Shown: positions 53,952 through 63,486 of the stretch, one piece after another
Layout: every line of letters begins with the position of its first letter
Position numbering within the stretch: the stretch's first letter is position 1
Source of the DNA: an uncultured Arcobacteraceae bacterium
GTDB taxonomy: Bacteria; Campylobacterota; Campylobacteria; Campylobacterales; Arcobacteraceae
Reading direction: 5' to 3'
DNA length: 64,000 nt
Assembly: GCA_964022095.1 (NCBI GenBank)
Contig: CAXHZO010000002.1
Location: forward strand, 128,001-192,000
Notes under the pieces: model-generated
Told to the model about the DNA's origin: nothing
Database searches by the model: none
Seen by the model: the letters and a program-made list of their open reading frames with translations, nothing else
Translations under genes and position numbers: made by a program

Positions 53952-54734
53952 TTAATCCCTCCATGCTTCAACCTCTCTTTTTATAGGTTCTAAAATTAGA
54001 TATTCAATCAAAAGTAAACTTCCTATCATTATTAAAACCAAAGCTAAAGCTGTTGGAGTATCAAGTTGACTTCTTGCGATTGCTAAAGCTGAACCAATTC
54101 CATCATTTGCAGATAATAACTCAGCCATTACGACAATTTTCCAAGCCATTCCTAAAGCACTAATTGATGCTGGAAAAATGTAAGACAAAATATGAGGAAA
54201 ATATAAATCAAGCATTTTCATTTTAAATGGAAGATTAAAACTATCAGCCATCTGTTTTAAATCACCTTCCAATGTTCTAGTTCCTTGTAAGGCTCCTACA
54301 AAAATTATAGGAAAAGAAGCCACAACAACTGTAAAGATTACAGTTATATCACTCATTCCAAACCAAATCATGGCTAAAACAATCCATGCAATTGGAGGCA
54401 TTCCAACTAAAATAGTTACTATTGGTCTACTCATCATAGAAGCTGTAACAAAAAGTCCAGCAATTAAACCAAGAAATAAACCAAAAATAAAAGATATTGA
54501 AAAACCAAAAAAAGCTCTTTTGATTGTAATAACAATATCATTTTGAACACTTTGTGTATTTAAAATTGAAAATAAAGTGCTTATTGTCTCTTTTGGACTT
54601 GGTAAAACCAAATTTCCATAAAGTTGATTTCCAAAATCCCAAAGAGCTAAAAATAAAAAAATTGAAGCAATTGAACCCCAACCACTCCATAAATAGGATG
54701 GAAAATCTTTTATAATTTTTAATAAAAATTTCAT
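53952..54734 (-). CDS. ABC transporter permease (NitT/TauT type)
   Basis: LPSP, PPIAWI, AWKIVVMAELL...GIG; ATG at 54734 with AAGG RBS. Confidence 0.9.
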   Translation of the reverse strand: MKFLLKIIKDFPSYLWSGWGSIASIFLFLALWDFGNQLYGNLVLPSPKETISTLFSILNTQSVQNDIVITIKRAFFGFSISFIFGLFLGLIAGLFVTASMMSRPIVTILVGMPPIAWIVLAMIWFGMSDITVIFTVVVASFPIIFVGALQGTRTLEGDLKQMADSFNLPFKMKMLDLYFPHILSYIFPASISALGMAWKIVVMAELLSANDGIGSALAIARSQLDTPTALALVLIMIGSLLLIEYLILEPIKREVEAWRD

Positions 54735-54775
54735 AAGTACCTTATCTTGCATAATTTTCGCCATTTTAATGAAAA

Positions 54776-54790
54776 TGATAGTAATTATCA
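54776..54790. promoter_or_regulatory. Fur-type box in the nnrS-ABC operon promoter
   Basis: TGATAGT-A-ATTATCA. Confidence 0.72.
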
Positions 54791-54804
54791 ATGACTTAAG
54801 TCAA
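54791..54804. promoter_or_regulatory. Crp/Fnr-family binding site
   Basis: ATGAC-TTAA-GTCAA (minus strand TTGAC-N4-GTCAT), same geometry as the FNR TTGAT-N4-ATCAA site; next to a Crp/Fnr gene. Confidence 0.7.
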
Positions 54805-54838
54805 CAATTCTTAAGAGAGTTTAAGTTAGAATCTTTTT

Positions 54839-55471
54839 ATGTATAACGAAATATTAAAAAAAATAGAATTTTTCAATTTATTAAGTCAAGAAGAAATTGA
54901 GTTAATAAATAATTCATGTGAAATAGTTACATTAAATAAAAATAATATACTTTTTTATGAGGGTGAAATAGCCAAATCTTTTTATATTTTACTTCAAGGA
55001 AATCTTAAGTTATATAAAACTACGGGAATTGGAGATGAGATAATTATTCATAATTTTACTCAACCTACTATGTTAGCCGAAATGGCAACATTTCAAAATT
55101 CAGCTTTCCCTGCAACTGCTATAAGTGTAAGTAAAATAACAAAAGTAGCAATTTTGGAAAAAGAGGTTTTTATTTCACTTTTACAAAAAAATGGAAATCT
55201 ATCTTTTCATATAATTGGTTCATTAATAAAAAAGATGAAATCTTTAGAACAAACTATTCATAGAAATCTAGTTTATGATTCTACTCAAAAAGTGTGTTCT
55301 CTTTTAAAAGAGAAGCCTGAAATATTAGCTGAACAAAAACATATAGAACTGGCAATGCAATTAAATATGGCTCCAGCAACACTTTCAAGAACTATTAAAA
55401 AACTTAAAGATAAAGGGTATTTAAATAAAGATAATATTGTTGTGGATAATTCATTTTATAATATACTGTGA
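54839..55471 (+). CDS. Crp/Fnr-family transcriptional regulator (NssR/DNR-like)
   Basis: LFYEGE, LKLYK, AEMA..FPATA, HTH LNMAPATLSR; no FNR Cys cluster. Confidence 0.9.
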   Translation: MYNEILKKIEFFNLLSQEEIELINNSCEIVTLNKNNILFYEGEIAKSFYILLQGNLKLYKTTGIGDEIIIHNFTQPTMLAEMATFQNSAFPATAISVSKITKVAILEKEVFISLLQKNGNLSFHIIGSLIKKMKSLEQTIHRNLVYDSTQKVCSLLKEKPEILAEQKHIELAMQLNMAPATLSRTIKKLKDKGYLNKDNIVVDNSFYNIL

Positions 55472-55477
55472 AAAACA

Positions 55478-55506
55478 AATAATAGAACTATATTAGTTCT
55501 ATTATT
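55478..55506. terminator. Bidirectional terminator
   Basis: AATAATAGAACTA-TAT-TAGTTCTATTATT. Confidence 0.65.
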
Positions 55507-56005
55507 TAGATAAATTTGAGAATTTATCTATTAGATATTTGATTTTTAAATCAAAGGCAAGTGAAAAAGCACTATTCCCTAAAAAATCTTCATGATTGAT
55601 ATTTACACCATTATCAACTAAATAGTTGATACTATTTAGTTTATTATATAAAACTGCATAAATAAGTGCAGTTGAATTTTTATCATCTGTTTCATCTAAG
55701 TTTACACCATAGTTTTTAAGAGATTTTATGATTTTTATATCATCTTTATAAACAGCATACTTTAATGCAGTTAAGTTATTTGTAACTTTGCAATCAATTT
55801 TTAACTCTAATAGCTTTTCAACAGCTTTAGTATTTGATGCATTAATTGCCCAAAATAAAGCATTTCTTCCTTTTTTATCTCTGTAATTAATATCTAATTG
55901 ATTTTCTTGTATTAAATTAATTAATTTGTCCCAGTGTTGTGATGCAACTAGGTTCAAAAATAGTTTTTCTTTTATTTCATTATTTATTATTGGATTGCTT
56001 GACAT
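55502..56005 (-). CDS. Ankyrin repeat protein (paralog 2)
   Basis: GRNALFWA, TALKYAV, TALIYAV, GNSAF repeats. Confidence 0.9.
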   Translation of the reverse strand: MSSNPIINNEIKEKLFLNLVASQHWDKLINLIQENQLDINYRDKKGRNALFWAINASNTKAVEKLLELKIDCKVTNNLTALKYAVYKDDIKIIKSLKNYGVNLDETDDKNSTALIYAVLYNKLNSINYLVDNGVNINHEDFLGNSAFSLAFDLKIKYLIDKFSNLSK

Positions 56006-56507
56006 TTTTGTCCTTACTATTAAATTTATTTATTAAATAATCAATTTTTAAGTCATTGGCTAAGTTAAAGGCACTATTTCCTAAGAAGTTTTCATGATAG
56101 ATATCTACTCCATTTTTAAATAAATAATCAATACTATGTGTTTTATTATAAAGTACAGCATATATTATTGCAGTTGTGTTTATTTCATCTGTTTCATCTA
56201 AGGCAAAACCATTATTTTTTAAACACTTTATTACTTTAATATTATCTCTATAAACTGCATAGTTTAGGGCAGTTAAATTTGGAGTCACATTTTTATTTAT
56301 TCCTAGTTTTAGTAGTTTTTCTATTACTTTTATATTAGATTGATGAATTGCCCAATAAAGTGCATTTCTATCTTTATTATCCCTATAATTAATATTTAAT
56401 TGTTGTTCCTCAATTAGTTCTATTAATGTATTCCATTTTTGGTTCTCTACTAATGAAAAAAAGAGTTTTTTCATTATATTATTTTGAAGTAAGTGATTAT
56501 TCGACAT
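55980..56507 (-). CDS. Ankyrin repeat protein (paralog 1)
   Basis: RNALYWA, TALNYAV, TAIIYAV, GNSAF repeats. Confidence 0.9.
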   Translation of the reverse strand: MSNNHLLQNNIMKKLFFSLVENQKWNTLIELIEEQQLNINYRDNKDRNALYWAIHQSNIKVIEKLLKLGINKNVTPNLTALNYAVYRDNIKVIKCLKNNGFALDETDEINTTAIIYAVLYNKTHSIDYLFKNGVDIYHENFLGNSAFNLANDLKIDYLINKFNSKDKNVKQSNNK

Positions 56508-56524
56508 TAGCTACCTTTTAATAT

Positions 56525-56539
56525 TGATAATTGTTATCA
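56525..56539. promoter_or_regulatory. Fur-type box between the ankyrin pair and the PepSY gene
   Basis: TGATAAT-T-GTTATCA, identical to 60997-61011. Confidence 0.78.
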
Positions 56540-56658
56540 TAAAGTAATTAAGCTTATAAATAGTTTAAATAAGATATTAATAACCATTATTACTATTGTT
56601 AATAAATGGTTAAAGTAATTAAGATAAAATTCTCAAAAAATAAAAGGAGCATAATTAA

Positions 56659-57804
56659 ATGCATAAGAAAATATGGTTTAAGGTTCATTGGTTTTTAGGA
56701 ATAACAGCTGGAATAATACTACTTGTTGTAGGAACAACAGGAGCTATACTATCCTTTGAAAAAGAGATACTAAAAGCTATAAATAAAGATAGTTATATTG
56801 TTCAAGTTCCTGATTATTCAAAACTAACTACACCTGAATTATTAACAAAATTTAAAGAAAAGTTTCCTAAGTCAAAAATAAATGGAATAACTTTTTTCAA
56901 TAATCAAGACTCTTCTGTAATAATAAATGTAGCAGGAAAAGGTTCTGGAAAAGCTGCCAGAAGAGGAGTAAACTATTTTGTTAACCCTTATGATGCAACT
57001 ATTCTACCAAATTTAGTGGGTAAAGATTTTTTTCGTTTTGTTCTTAGATTACATAGATGGCTTGCTTTGCCAGGTGATGCTAGAGAAATTGGTAAGCAAA
57101 CAGTCGCAATCTCTACAATTTCACTTATCGTTTTAATTATAAGTGCAATAATAATCTATTGGGGAAGAATAAAACATGCTTTCTTTAAAAGTTTTACTTT
57201 TAAATTTAAGCATAAAGGAAGAGCTTTTTTATCAACTATGCATAGTGCTGTTGGTATGTGGGTTATTCCATTATATTTATTAGCCTCATTGACAGGTTTA
57301 TATTGGTCATATGATTGGTATAGAACAGGTCTGTATGTAATATCTGGAGTTGAAAAGCCAGTAAGAGGTAAAAGAGGTGAAAAACCATCTAATGAAAATA
57401 AAATTACTTTAACGCAAGATGATATGTTTGCGCAACATGATATTGCTATTAATACATTTAAAAATGTTGTAGGAACAAATTATTCTAAAGCATCTTTAAG
57501 ATTCCCAAGTTTTGGAACAGTTTATGACTTTCACTATTATGATTACAAACCAGCACATTTTAGAGCTGTAAATGATTTAGAGATTGATATAAAGACAGGT
57601 AATATTGTAAAACATGAAAAGTATGAAGATAAGCCATTAAATGAGAAGTTAATGAAAAGTATATTGCCTTTACATACAGGTGAATACTTTGGTGTTATTG
57701 GTCAAACACTTATGTTTATAGCAGCAGCTTTAATGTCATTATTTACAATAACAGGTTTCATGTTATATATAAATAGAAAAAATAAGAAAAAGAAGAGAGT
57801 TTAA
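56659..57804 (+). CDS. PepSY-associated TM helix domain protein (iron-regulated membrane protein)
   Basis: HWFLG, LHRWL, MHSAVG, LTGLYWSY, LHTGEYFG. Confidence 0.9.
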   Translation: MHKKIWFKVHWFLGITAGIILLVVGTTGAILSFEKEILKAINKDSYIVQVPDYSKLTTPELLTKFKEKFPKSKINGITFFNNQDSSVIINVAGKGSGKAARRGVNYFVNPYDATILPNLVGKDFFRFVLRLHRWLALPGDAREIGKQTVAISTISLIVLIISAIIIYWGRIKHAFFKSFTFKFKHKGRAFLSTMHSAVGMWVIPLYLLASLTGLYWSYDWYRTGLYVISGVEKPVRGKRGEKPSNENKITLTQDDMFAQHDIAINTFKNVVGTNYSKASLRFPSFGTVYDFHYYDYKPAHFRAVNDLEIDIKTGNIVKHEKYEDKPLNEKLMKSILPLHTGEYFGVIGQTLMFIAAALMSLFTITGFMLYINRKNKKKKRV

Positions 57805-57822
57805 CTCTTTTCTTTTATATAG

Positions 57823-57837
57823 TGATACTAATTATCA
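57823..57837. promoter_or_regulatory. Fur-type box upstream of a two-component system
   Basis: TGATACT-A-ATTATCA. Confidence 0.7.
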
Positions 57838-57902
57838 ATTTTAATAAATATTAAGTTTTTTACTGTTACAATTTCAACTATATTTAAGAAATAGTAGTAT
57901 TT

Positions 57903-58589
57903 ATGTTAAAAGAACAGTATAAAAATATAAAAATATTGTATGTAGAAGATGAACTACAAATAAGAGAAAATGCAGTATCTTATTTAAGAAGATTATTTAA
58001 TATTGTATATGAAGCAAAAGATGCTTTTGAAGCAATGAATATAATAAAAGAAAAAACTCCTCATATTGTAATTACAGATATAAAAATGCCTAAATTAAGT
58101 GGCTTAGATATGATTAGAAAAATTAGAGAGTATGATAAAAAAACAGAATTCATAGTTTTAACGGCTTTTTCTGATACTAAGTATTTAATGGATGCAATTG
58201 ATTTAAGATTAGTTAAGTATCTAACAAAACCAATTAGGCATGAAACCTTTTACCCTTTAATTTTAAATTGTGTTAAAAATATAGTAGAAGATAAATCAAA
58301 TAAAAAATATATTAGTGAAATATGTTATTTTGATATGATAAATGATGTTATTGATAACAACTCAGAATTAATTAACTTAACAAATTATGAAATAAAATTT
58401 TTTAAATTATTGTGTAAAAACTCTAATAGAGCAGTATCTTATGAAGAAATTCAAAATGCCGTTTGGAATGATGAGTATATGAGTGAAAATGCAATTAGAT
58501 TATTAGTTAGGGATTTAAGAAAAAAACTTCCTATAAATTGTATTAAAAATCATTCAAAAATTGGTTATCAAATAAAACTTTATTCATGA
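57903..58589 (+). CDS. OmpR-family response regulator
   Basis: LYVEDE, ITDIKMP, YLTKP, wHTH. Confidence 0.93.
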   Translation: MLKEQYKNIKILYVEDELQIRENAVSYLRRLFNIVYEAKDAFEAMNIIKEKTPHIVITDIKMPKLSGLDMIRKIREYDKKTEFIVLTAFSDTKYLMDAIDLRLVKYLTKPIRHETFYPLILNCVKNIVEDKSNKKYISEICYFDMINDVIDNNSELINLTNYEIKFFKLLCKNSNRAVSYEEIQNAVWNDEYMSENAIRLLVRDLRKKLPINCIKNHSKIGYQIKLYS

Positions 58590-60301
58590 GATATCTTTTT
58601 TTTATATTTTTATATTTTTCATCCTTAGATGCTTCTTCTTTATTTCATAAAGCTATTGAAAGTTATCATATTTCAGAAGATTTTAAAAATTATAAGTCTT
58701 TAAATATAGATGAATATAGAGTAAAAAAATTAAAACAATTTTCAATAAAAATAAAACTAAATAAAGACTTTTTATCAAAGAAAAACTATTATATGTATGT
58801 TGTATCAGACTTTGATAGTCTAATCAACACAAATGCCGTATATACTAAACATAATCATTTAATGATTATAAATTTAAAACAAAATAGCGATGTATTATAT
58901 TTTGATTATAAATATGATTCTTCTAAAAGAGGAGAGTTCAGATGTGATATTATAAATGAATTTGAATATAAATTTTTACTGCCTTATGAAGGAATACTAT
59001 ATGGAATTGCATATGGAATAATATTTTGTGCATTTTTATACTATATTATCATTTATTTCTCAACTTTAATTAAAGCTTTTTTATATTATTCAATAATGCA
59101 ATTTTTTGTATTACTATCATTAATAGGTTTTGTTTATTTTAGCTTTTTATCTTACCCAAATCAAAACTATTTATATGCGCAAGCTTGGGTGGATATTTTT
59201 GAGACTTTAGGATTATTATTTACTTTATTTTTTGTTAAAGAGATACTAAAAACAAAAACTATTATGCCAAAAATTAATATTTTTTTGAATTTTTTTATCT
59301 TTTTAAATTTAGCAGACATCTTAGCTATCTCAATATTTAAGTACTCTATTTTATATGAATATATGCCATTTTATTTTGGATTTTTCTTACCAATGATAGC
59401 AGGAATAATTGCTGTTATTAAAGGAAATAAATATGCAATTATTTATACATTAGGTTGGGGATTTTTATGTATTGTAGTCTATTTATTGCAAAAATTATAC
59501 TTTAATATTAGTGGAATATATATTATTCATTTAGCAGCATCATTTGAGTCTTTAATATTTAGTTTTGCACTTGGTTTAATGTTAAAAGATTTAGTTAATA
59601 AACAAAATGAAAAAGAAAAACTACTTATACATAAAAGTAAATTAGTCTCAATGGGAGAAATGATAAATAATATAGCTCATCAGTGGCGACAACCACTTAC
59701 TCATCTTAGTTTTATTAATATGAATTTAGAATTAGAATCTCAAGATGATAATTTTGATAAAAGCTATTTATTAAAAAAAATAAAAGAGTCAAATGAACAA
59801 ATTGAATTTATGTCATCTACTATTGATAGTTTTAGGAATTTTTATAAACCTCAAAAAGAAAAAGAGTTTTTTTGGATTTCAAATTCAGTAAATAATGTTA
59901 TATCTATGATGAAACCCTTATTAGAGTTACATAAAATTGATATAGAGTTAAATATTATTAATAATAAACAAATCAAAGCTTATGAAAATGAGTATGCACA
60001 AGTTGTTCTAAATCTAATCACAAATGCAAAAGATGCACTAATTATTAGAAAGATAAAAAATCCTAAAATTATTATTGATATTGACTTTAAAAATAGAAAA
60101 ACACTAACTTCTGTAAGTGATAATGCAAAAGGTATAGATTTAAAGATTATAGATAAAATATTTGAACCATATTTTTCAACAAAAGATAATGGTAGTGGAA
60201 TAGGTCTTTATATGTGTAGATTGATTTTAAAATCTCATTTTAAAGGAGATTTAATTGTTGAAAATAAAAAAGATGGTGCGTCGTTTACTATTGAAGTATA
60301 G
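58586..60301 (+). CDS. Sensor histidine kinase with 7TM-DISM-like membrane domain
   Basis: About 7 TMs (YGIAYGII...FESLIFSFAL); IAHQWRQPL, NAKDA, GSGIGL. Confidence 0.9.
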   Translation: MRYLFFIFLYFSSLDASSLFHKAIESYHISEDFKNYKSLNIDEYRVKKLKQFSIKIKLNKDFLSKKNYYMYVVSDFDSLINTNAVYTKHNHLMIINLKQNSDVLYFDYKYDSSKRGEFRCDIINEFEYKFLLPYEGILYGIAYGIIFCAFLYYIIIYFSTLIKAFLYYSIMQFFVLLSLIGFVYFSFLSYPNQNYLYAQAWVDIFETLGLLFTLFFVKEILKTKTIMPKINIFLNFFIFLNLADILAISIFKYSILYEYMPFYFGFFLPMIAGIIAVIKGNKYAIIYTLGWGFLCIVVYLLQKLYFNISGIYIIHLAASFESLIFSFALGLMLKDLVNKQNEKEKLLIHKSKLVSMGEMINNIAHQWRQPLTHLSFINMNLELESQDDNFDKSYLLKKIKESNEQIEFMSSTIDSFRNFYKPQKEKEFFWISNSVNNVISMMKPLLELHKIDIELNIINNKQIKAYENEYAQVVLNLITNAKDALIIRKIKNPKIIIDIDFKNRKTLTSVSDNAKGIDLKIIDKIFEPYFSTKDNGSGIGLYMCRLILKSHFKGDLIVENKKDGASFTIEV

Positions 60302-60851
60302 GAATTTTATCTATAATTTTTTTTAGATTATATTCGTTTTTTTTATATCTAATAATTGACTCTTTTAAATGTATATAAATCTTTTCTTGATTTATACCTC
60401 TAAATTTTTTTAGTCTACTTACTACAAATTCATTTAGATTACTTTTTTGCTTATAAAAGTTAATAATATTTAATTTATTAGATTCCTCATTATAAGTTAA
60501 CTTTATGCAATTAGCCCTTTTATGATTAAATAAAGAGTCTAATATTTGTTTATCTATTTTATACTTTAAATCATTTTCAAAAATTATTATATTTTCAAAC
60601 TCGATATAAAAAATTAAAAAATTAGAAATTTGGAAATATTTTAAGTAAAACTCTTTTTTTCTTGATTTTAGATATAAAAGATGATTTGTTTTATCAAACT
60701 CATTTAACAAATAGTATCTGATCTTTTGATAATAGTTATTGACCATATAACGGCTTAAATTGTGTCTTTTTGCACTTTTTGAAACAGTTAAGTCTTCAAT
60801 GAAACTATTTAAAATATTTATATGTAAATGACTGCTTTTTTTATCTCTCAT
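60288..60851 (-). CDS. Hypothetical protein with IS1595-transposase-like N- and C-termini
   Basis: F..DLT.SK.A...NLSR..VNNYY.KIR and RLKKFRGI......HLKE...RY; no DDE core or IRs seen. Confidence 0.6.
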   Translation of the reverse strand: MRDKKSSHLHINILNSFIEDLTVSKSAKRHNLSRYMVNNYYQKIRYYLLNEFDKTNHLLYLKSRKKEFYLKYFQISNFLIFYIEFENIIIFENDLKYKIDKQILDSLFNHKRANCIKLTYNEESNKLNIINFYKQKSNLNEFVVSRLKKFRGINQEKIYIHLKESIIRYKKNEYNLKKIIDKIPILQ

Positions 60852-60996
60852 CTTTTTATTTTAACTAAAAAAAATGTGGTAAAAATGTGCTTAAGTTCAT
60901 AAAGTATATTAAATTATTTTTATTAAACATGTTGGAATTAAACTTAAGATTATCATAAGTTTAATTCAGAAATAATTCCAAAAATAAATATAATTA

Positions 60997-61011
60997 TGAT
61001 AATTGTTATCA
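60997..61011. promoter_or_regulatory. Fur-type box upstream of siderophore receptor
   Basis: TGATAAT-T-GTTATCA. Confidence 0.8.
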
Positions 61012-61031
61012 TTAAAAAAGGAATTCAAAAT

Positions 61032-63137
61032 ATGCAAGTTAAAAAAAGATTTAAATTATCTTTATGTTTGATTTTAGCTTTAAGTGCAAATCTTCAAGCA
61101 AGCTCAACTATCTTAGATGAAGTTTCAATTGAAGAAAAAGTAGAAAATAATAATACAGAAAATACAGGATTATATACTGTAAAAGAGATGAAATCAGCTA
61201 CAAAACTAAACCTATCTATTAGAGATACGCCACAGTCTGTTACTGTATTAAGTACACAAAAACTTCAAGACTTAGGAGTAGACTCTTACCAAGAAATGTT
61301 ATCAAAAATCACAGGTGTTACACTAAATAGATGGGATGAAAGAGTAAATGCAAGTGCAAGAGGATTTGATATTGACTATTATAAAATTGATGGTTTACCT
61401 ACTTATTCTACATGGAACGAAAGAGATTTAGACTTATCAGTATATGATAGGGTTGAAGTTGTTAGGGGTGCAAATGGTTTGACAACAGGTTATGGAAATC
61501 CTGCTGTAAGTATTAATTTAGTTAGAAAAAGAGCTAATAGTAAAGAACTAAAAGGTAGTGTAAGTTTAGAAGGTGGTTCTTGGAATCATTATGGTGTTTT
61601 AGCAGATGTGGGTTCTTCTTTAAACGAATCAGGAAGTATTAGAGGAAGAGTTGTTTTAAAACATGAAAATAGTGATTCATTTATGGATGGATATGAAAAA
61701 GAAAATAATCTATTTTATGGTGTGATTGATTCAGATTTAACAGATACAACATCTTTATCTACAGGGTTTTCTTATCAAAAATTAAACAGAAATGGAATTA
61801 GATGGGGTGGTTTGCCTGCTTTTGATTCAAATGGAAATAGGATTGATTTTGAAAGATCTAGAACAGCATCTGAAGATTGGACTTATTGGGATAGTGAAGT
61901 TAAATCAGTTTTTGTTGATTTAAAACAAAATTTATTTGATAATTCTGTATTAAATATTGGATACTCTTATGATGAAATAAATGCTAATAGTGCATTATTA
62001 TATTTTTCTGGTGATGTTAATACGAGTGATGGTAGTGGTATTAATTATATGGATTGGCAAGCTGTACAACAAAGAAAACAACACAATTTTGATGCTAGTT
62101 TAAATGTTCCTTACGAAATAGGAGGCTTATTTCAAGAGTTTTTAGTTGGTATTTCTTATAATCTAGATAAACAAACAAAATATAATGGAAGGTATCCAAA
62201 TGGATACTATTCAACTTTAACAAATTTTTATGATTATGATTTATCTTTACCTGAAGCCTCTTCAAGTGATACCTTGTATATTGTAAAACCAAATGAAATA
62301 GAACAAAAAGCTATATATTTAGCAAATAGATTTTCTCTTAGTGAAAATCTGAAGTTAATAGCTGGACTTAGATTATCTTCATGGGAATATTCAAGTACAG
62401 ATACTACAAAAGAAACTAGAAAATTTTCAAATGAAATTACACCTTACACAGGAGTAGTTTATGATTTAGATAAAAATCACTCTTTATATGCAAGTTACAC
62501 TAGCATTTTTAAACCCCAAGATAAAAAGAATTCAAGTGGGGAGTATTTAGACCCAATAGTTGGAAACAATTATGAAATTGGTGCAAAGGGTGAATATTTT
62601 GATGGTTTATTAACAACATCACTGTCATTATTTCAAGTAAAACAAGACAAAGTAGCAACTGATGACCCAAGTGGTGTATTTGTTCCTGGAACGACAACTG
62701 TAGCTAGTATTGAAGCAAATGGAGTTGAAAGTAAAGGTTTTGAAGTAGATGTTACTGGAAAAGTTTCAGATAATTTAACACTAGATTTAAGTGTTGCAAA
62801 TTTTGAAGCAAAAGAATCCAATGGAAATAAGTACAATACAAAAGCCTCAAGAACAACTGCAAATTTATTCGCAAAATATGAAATCCACAATATAAGTTTT
62901 GGTGGAGGACTAAACTATAAAAGTAAATTTTATACAGGCACAGGTTCCTCAAAAATCACACAAGATGCATATACTATAGCAAATGCTATGGCCTCATATA
63001 AATTAAATAAAAATCTAAAATTTCAAATTAATGTAAATAATATTTTTGATAAAAAATATTATGAAGGTATAGGTTCTAATAGTATGGTTTATGGTGAACC
63101 TAGAAACTTTAAAGCTTCATTGAAGTACACATTTTAA
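61032..63137 (+). CDS. TonB-dependent siderophore receptor (FhuE/FpvA-like)
   Basis: ATKLNLSIRDTPQSVTV, YDRVEVVRGANGL, NNIFDKKYY, YGEPRNF..KYTF; ATG 61032 with AAGGA RBS. Confidence 0.93.
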   Translation: MQVKKRFKLSLCLILALSANLQASSTILDEVSIEEKVENNNTENTGLYTVKEMKSATKLNLSIRDTPQSVTVLSTQKLQDLGVDSYQEMLSKITGVTLNRWDERVNASARGFDIDYYKIDGLPTYSTWNERDLDLSVYDRVEVVRGANGLTTGYGNPAVSINLVRKRANSKELKGSVSLEGGSWNHYGVLADVGSSLNESGSIRGRVVLKHENSDSFMDGYEKENNLFYGVIDSDLTDTTSLSTGFSYQKLNRNGIRWGGLPAFDSNGNRIDFERSRTASEDWTYWDSEVKSVFVDLKQNLFDNSVLNIGYSYDEINANSALLYFSGDVNTSDGSGINYMDWQAVQQRKQHNFDASLNVPYEIGGLFQEFLVGISYNLDKQTKYNGRYPNGYYSTLTNFYDYDLSLPEASSSDTLYIVKPNEIEQKAIYLANRFSLSENLKLIAGLRLSSWEYSSTDTTKETRKFSNEITPYTGVVYDLDKNHSLYASYTSIFKPQDKKNSSGEYLDPIVGNNYEIGAKGEYFDGLLTTSLSLFQVKQDKVATDDPSGVFVPGTTTVASIEANGVESKGFEVDVTGKVSDNLTLDLSVANFEAKESNGNKYNTKASRTTANLFAKYEIHNISFGGGLNYKSKFYTGTGSSKITQDAYTIANAMASYKLNKNLKFQINVNNIFDKKYYEGIGSNSMVYGEPRNFKASLKYTF

Positions 63138-63177
63138 AATATAAAGAGATATATTCTCTTTATATTATAGGAAAATT

Positions 63178-63483
63178 ATGAAAAATTTAATCAATTATTT
63201 ATCAAAACCAGAAACTACTGGTAAAAAAATAGGTCTTTTTAGAATTATATGTGCAATTTTTGGTGGTTTAATTTCAGCATATTTAATTATGACACTCTTT
63301 GTATTTTTAATACCTGGAAGTGTGGGAGAATCTATTGTTGTACCTTTATTATTTAATACATTATTATGGGCTGTTTTAGCTTTTTGGATTAGTTTATCTA
63401 GCTCAAAAATCATAGCTTTATTAAGAGCATTTATTCCCTGTTTTATTTGTATTTTTATTTTAACTTTTTTATATTTAGGATAG
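63178..63483 (+). CDS. Small 3-TM hypothetical protein of iron-uptake loci
   Basis: AIFGG motif, hydrophobic, lies between receptor and PepSY gene. Confidence 0.7.
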   Translation: MKNLINYLSKPETTGKKIGLFRIICAIFGGLISAYLIMTLFVFLIPGSVGESIVVPLLFNTLLWAVLAFWISLSSSKIIALLRAFIPCFICIFILTFLYLG

Positions 63484-63486
63484 TTT

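Noticed and set aside
56248-56260. Third TATAAACTG occurrence
   Set aside because: Inside an ankyrin CDS and lacks the CCTAC and -10 at the conserved spacing
60288-60900. Active IS element
   Set aside because: No DDE core, terminal inverted repeats or target duplication; kept only as a transposase-derived candidate
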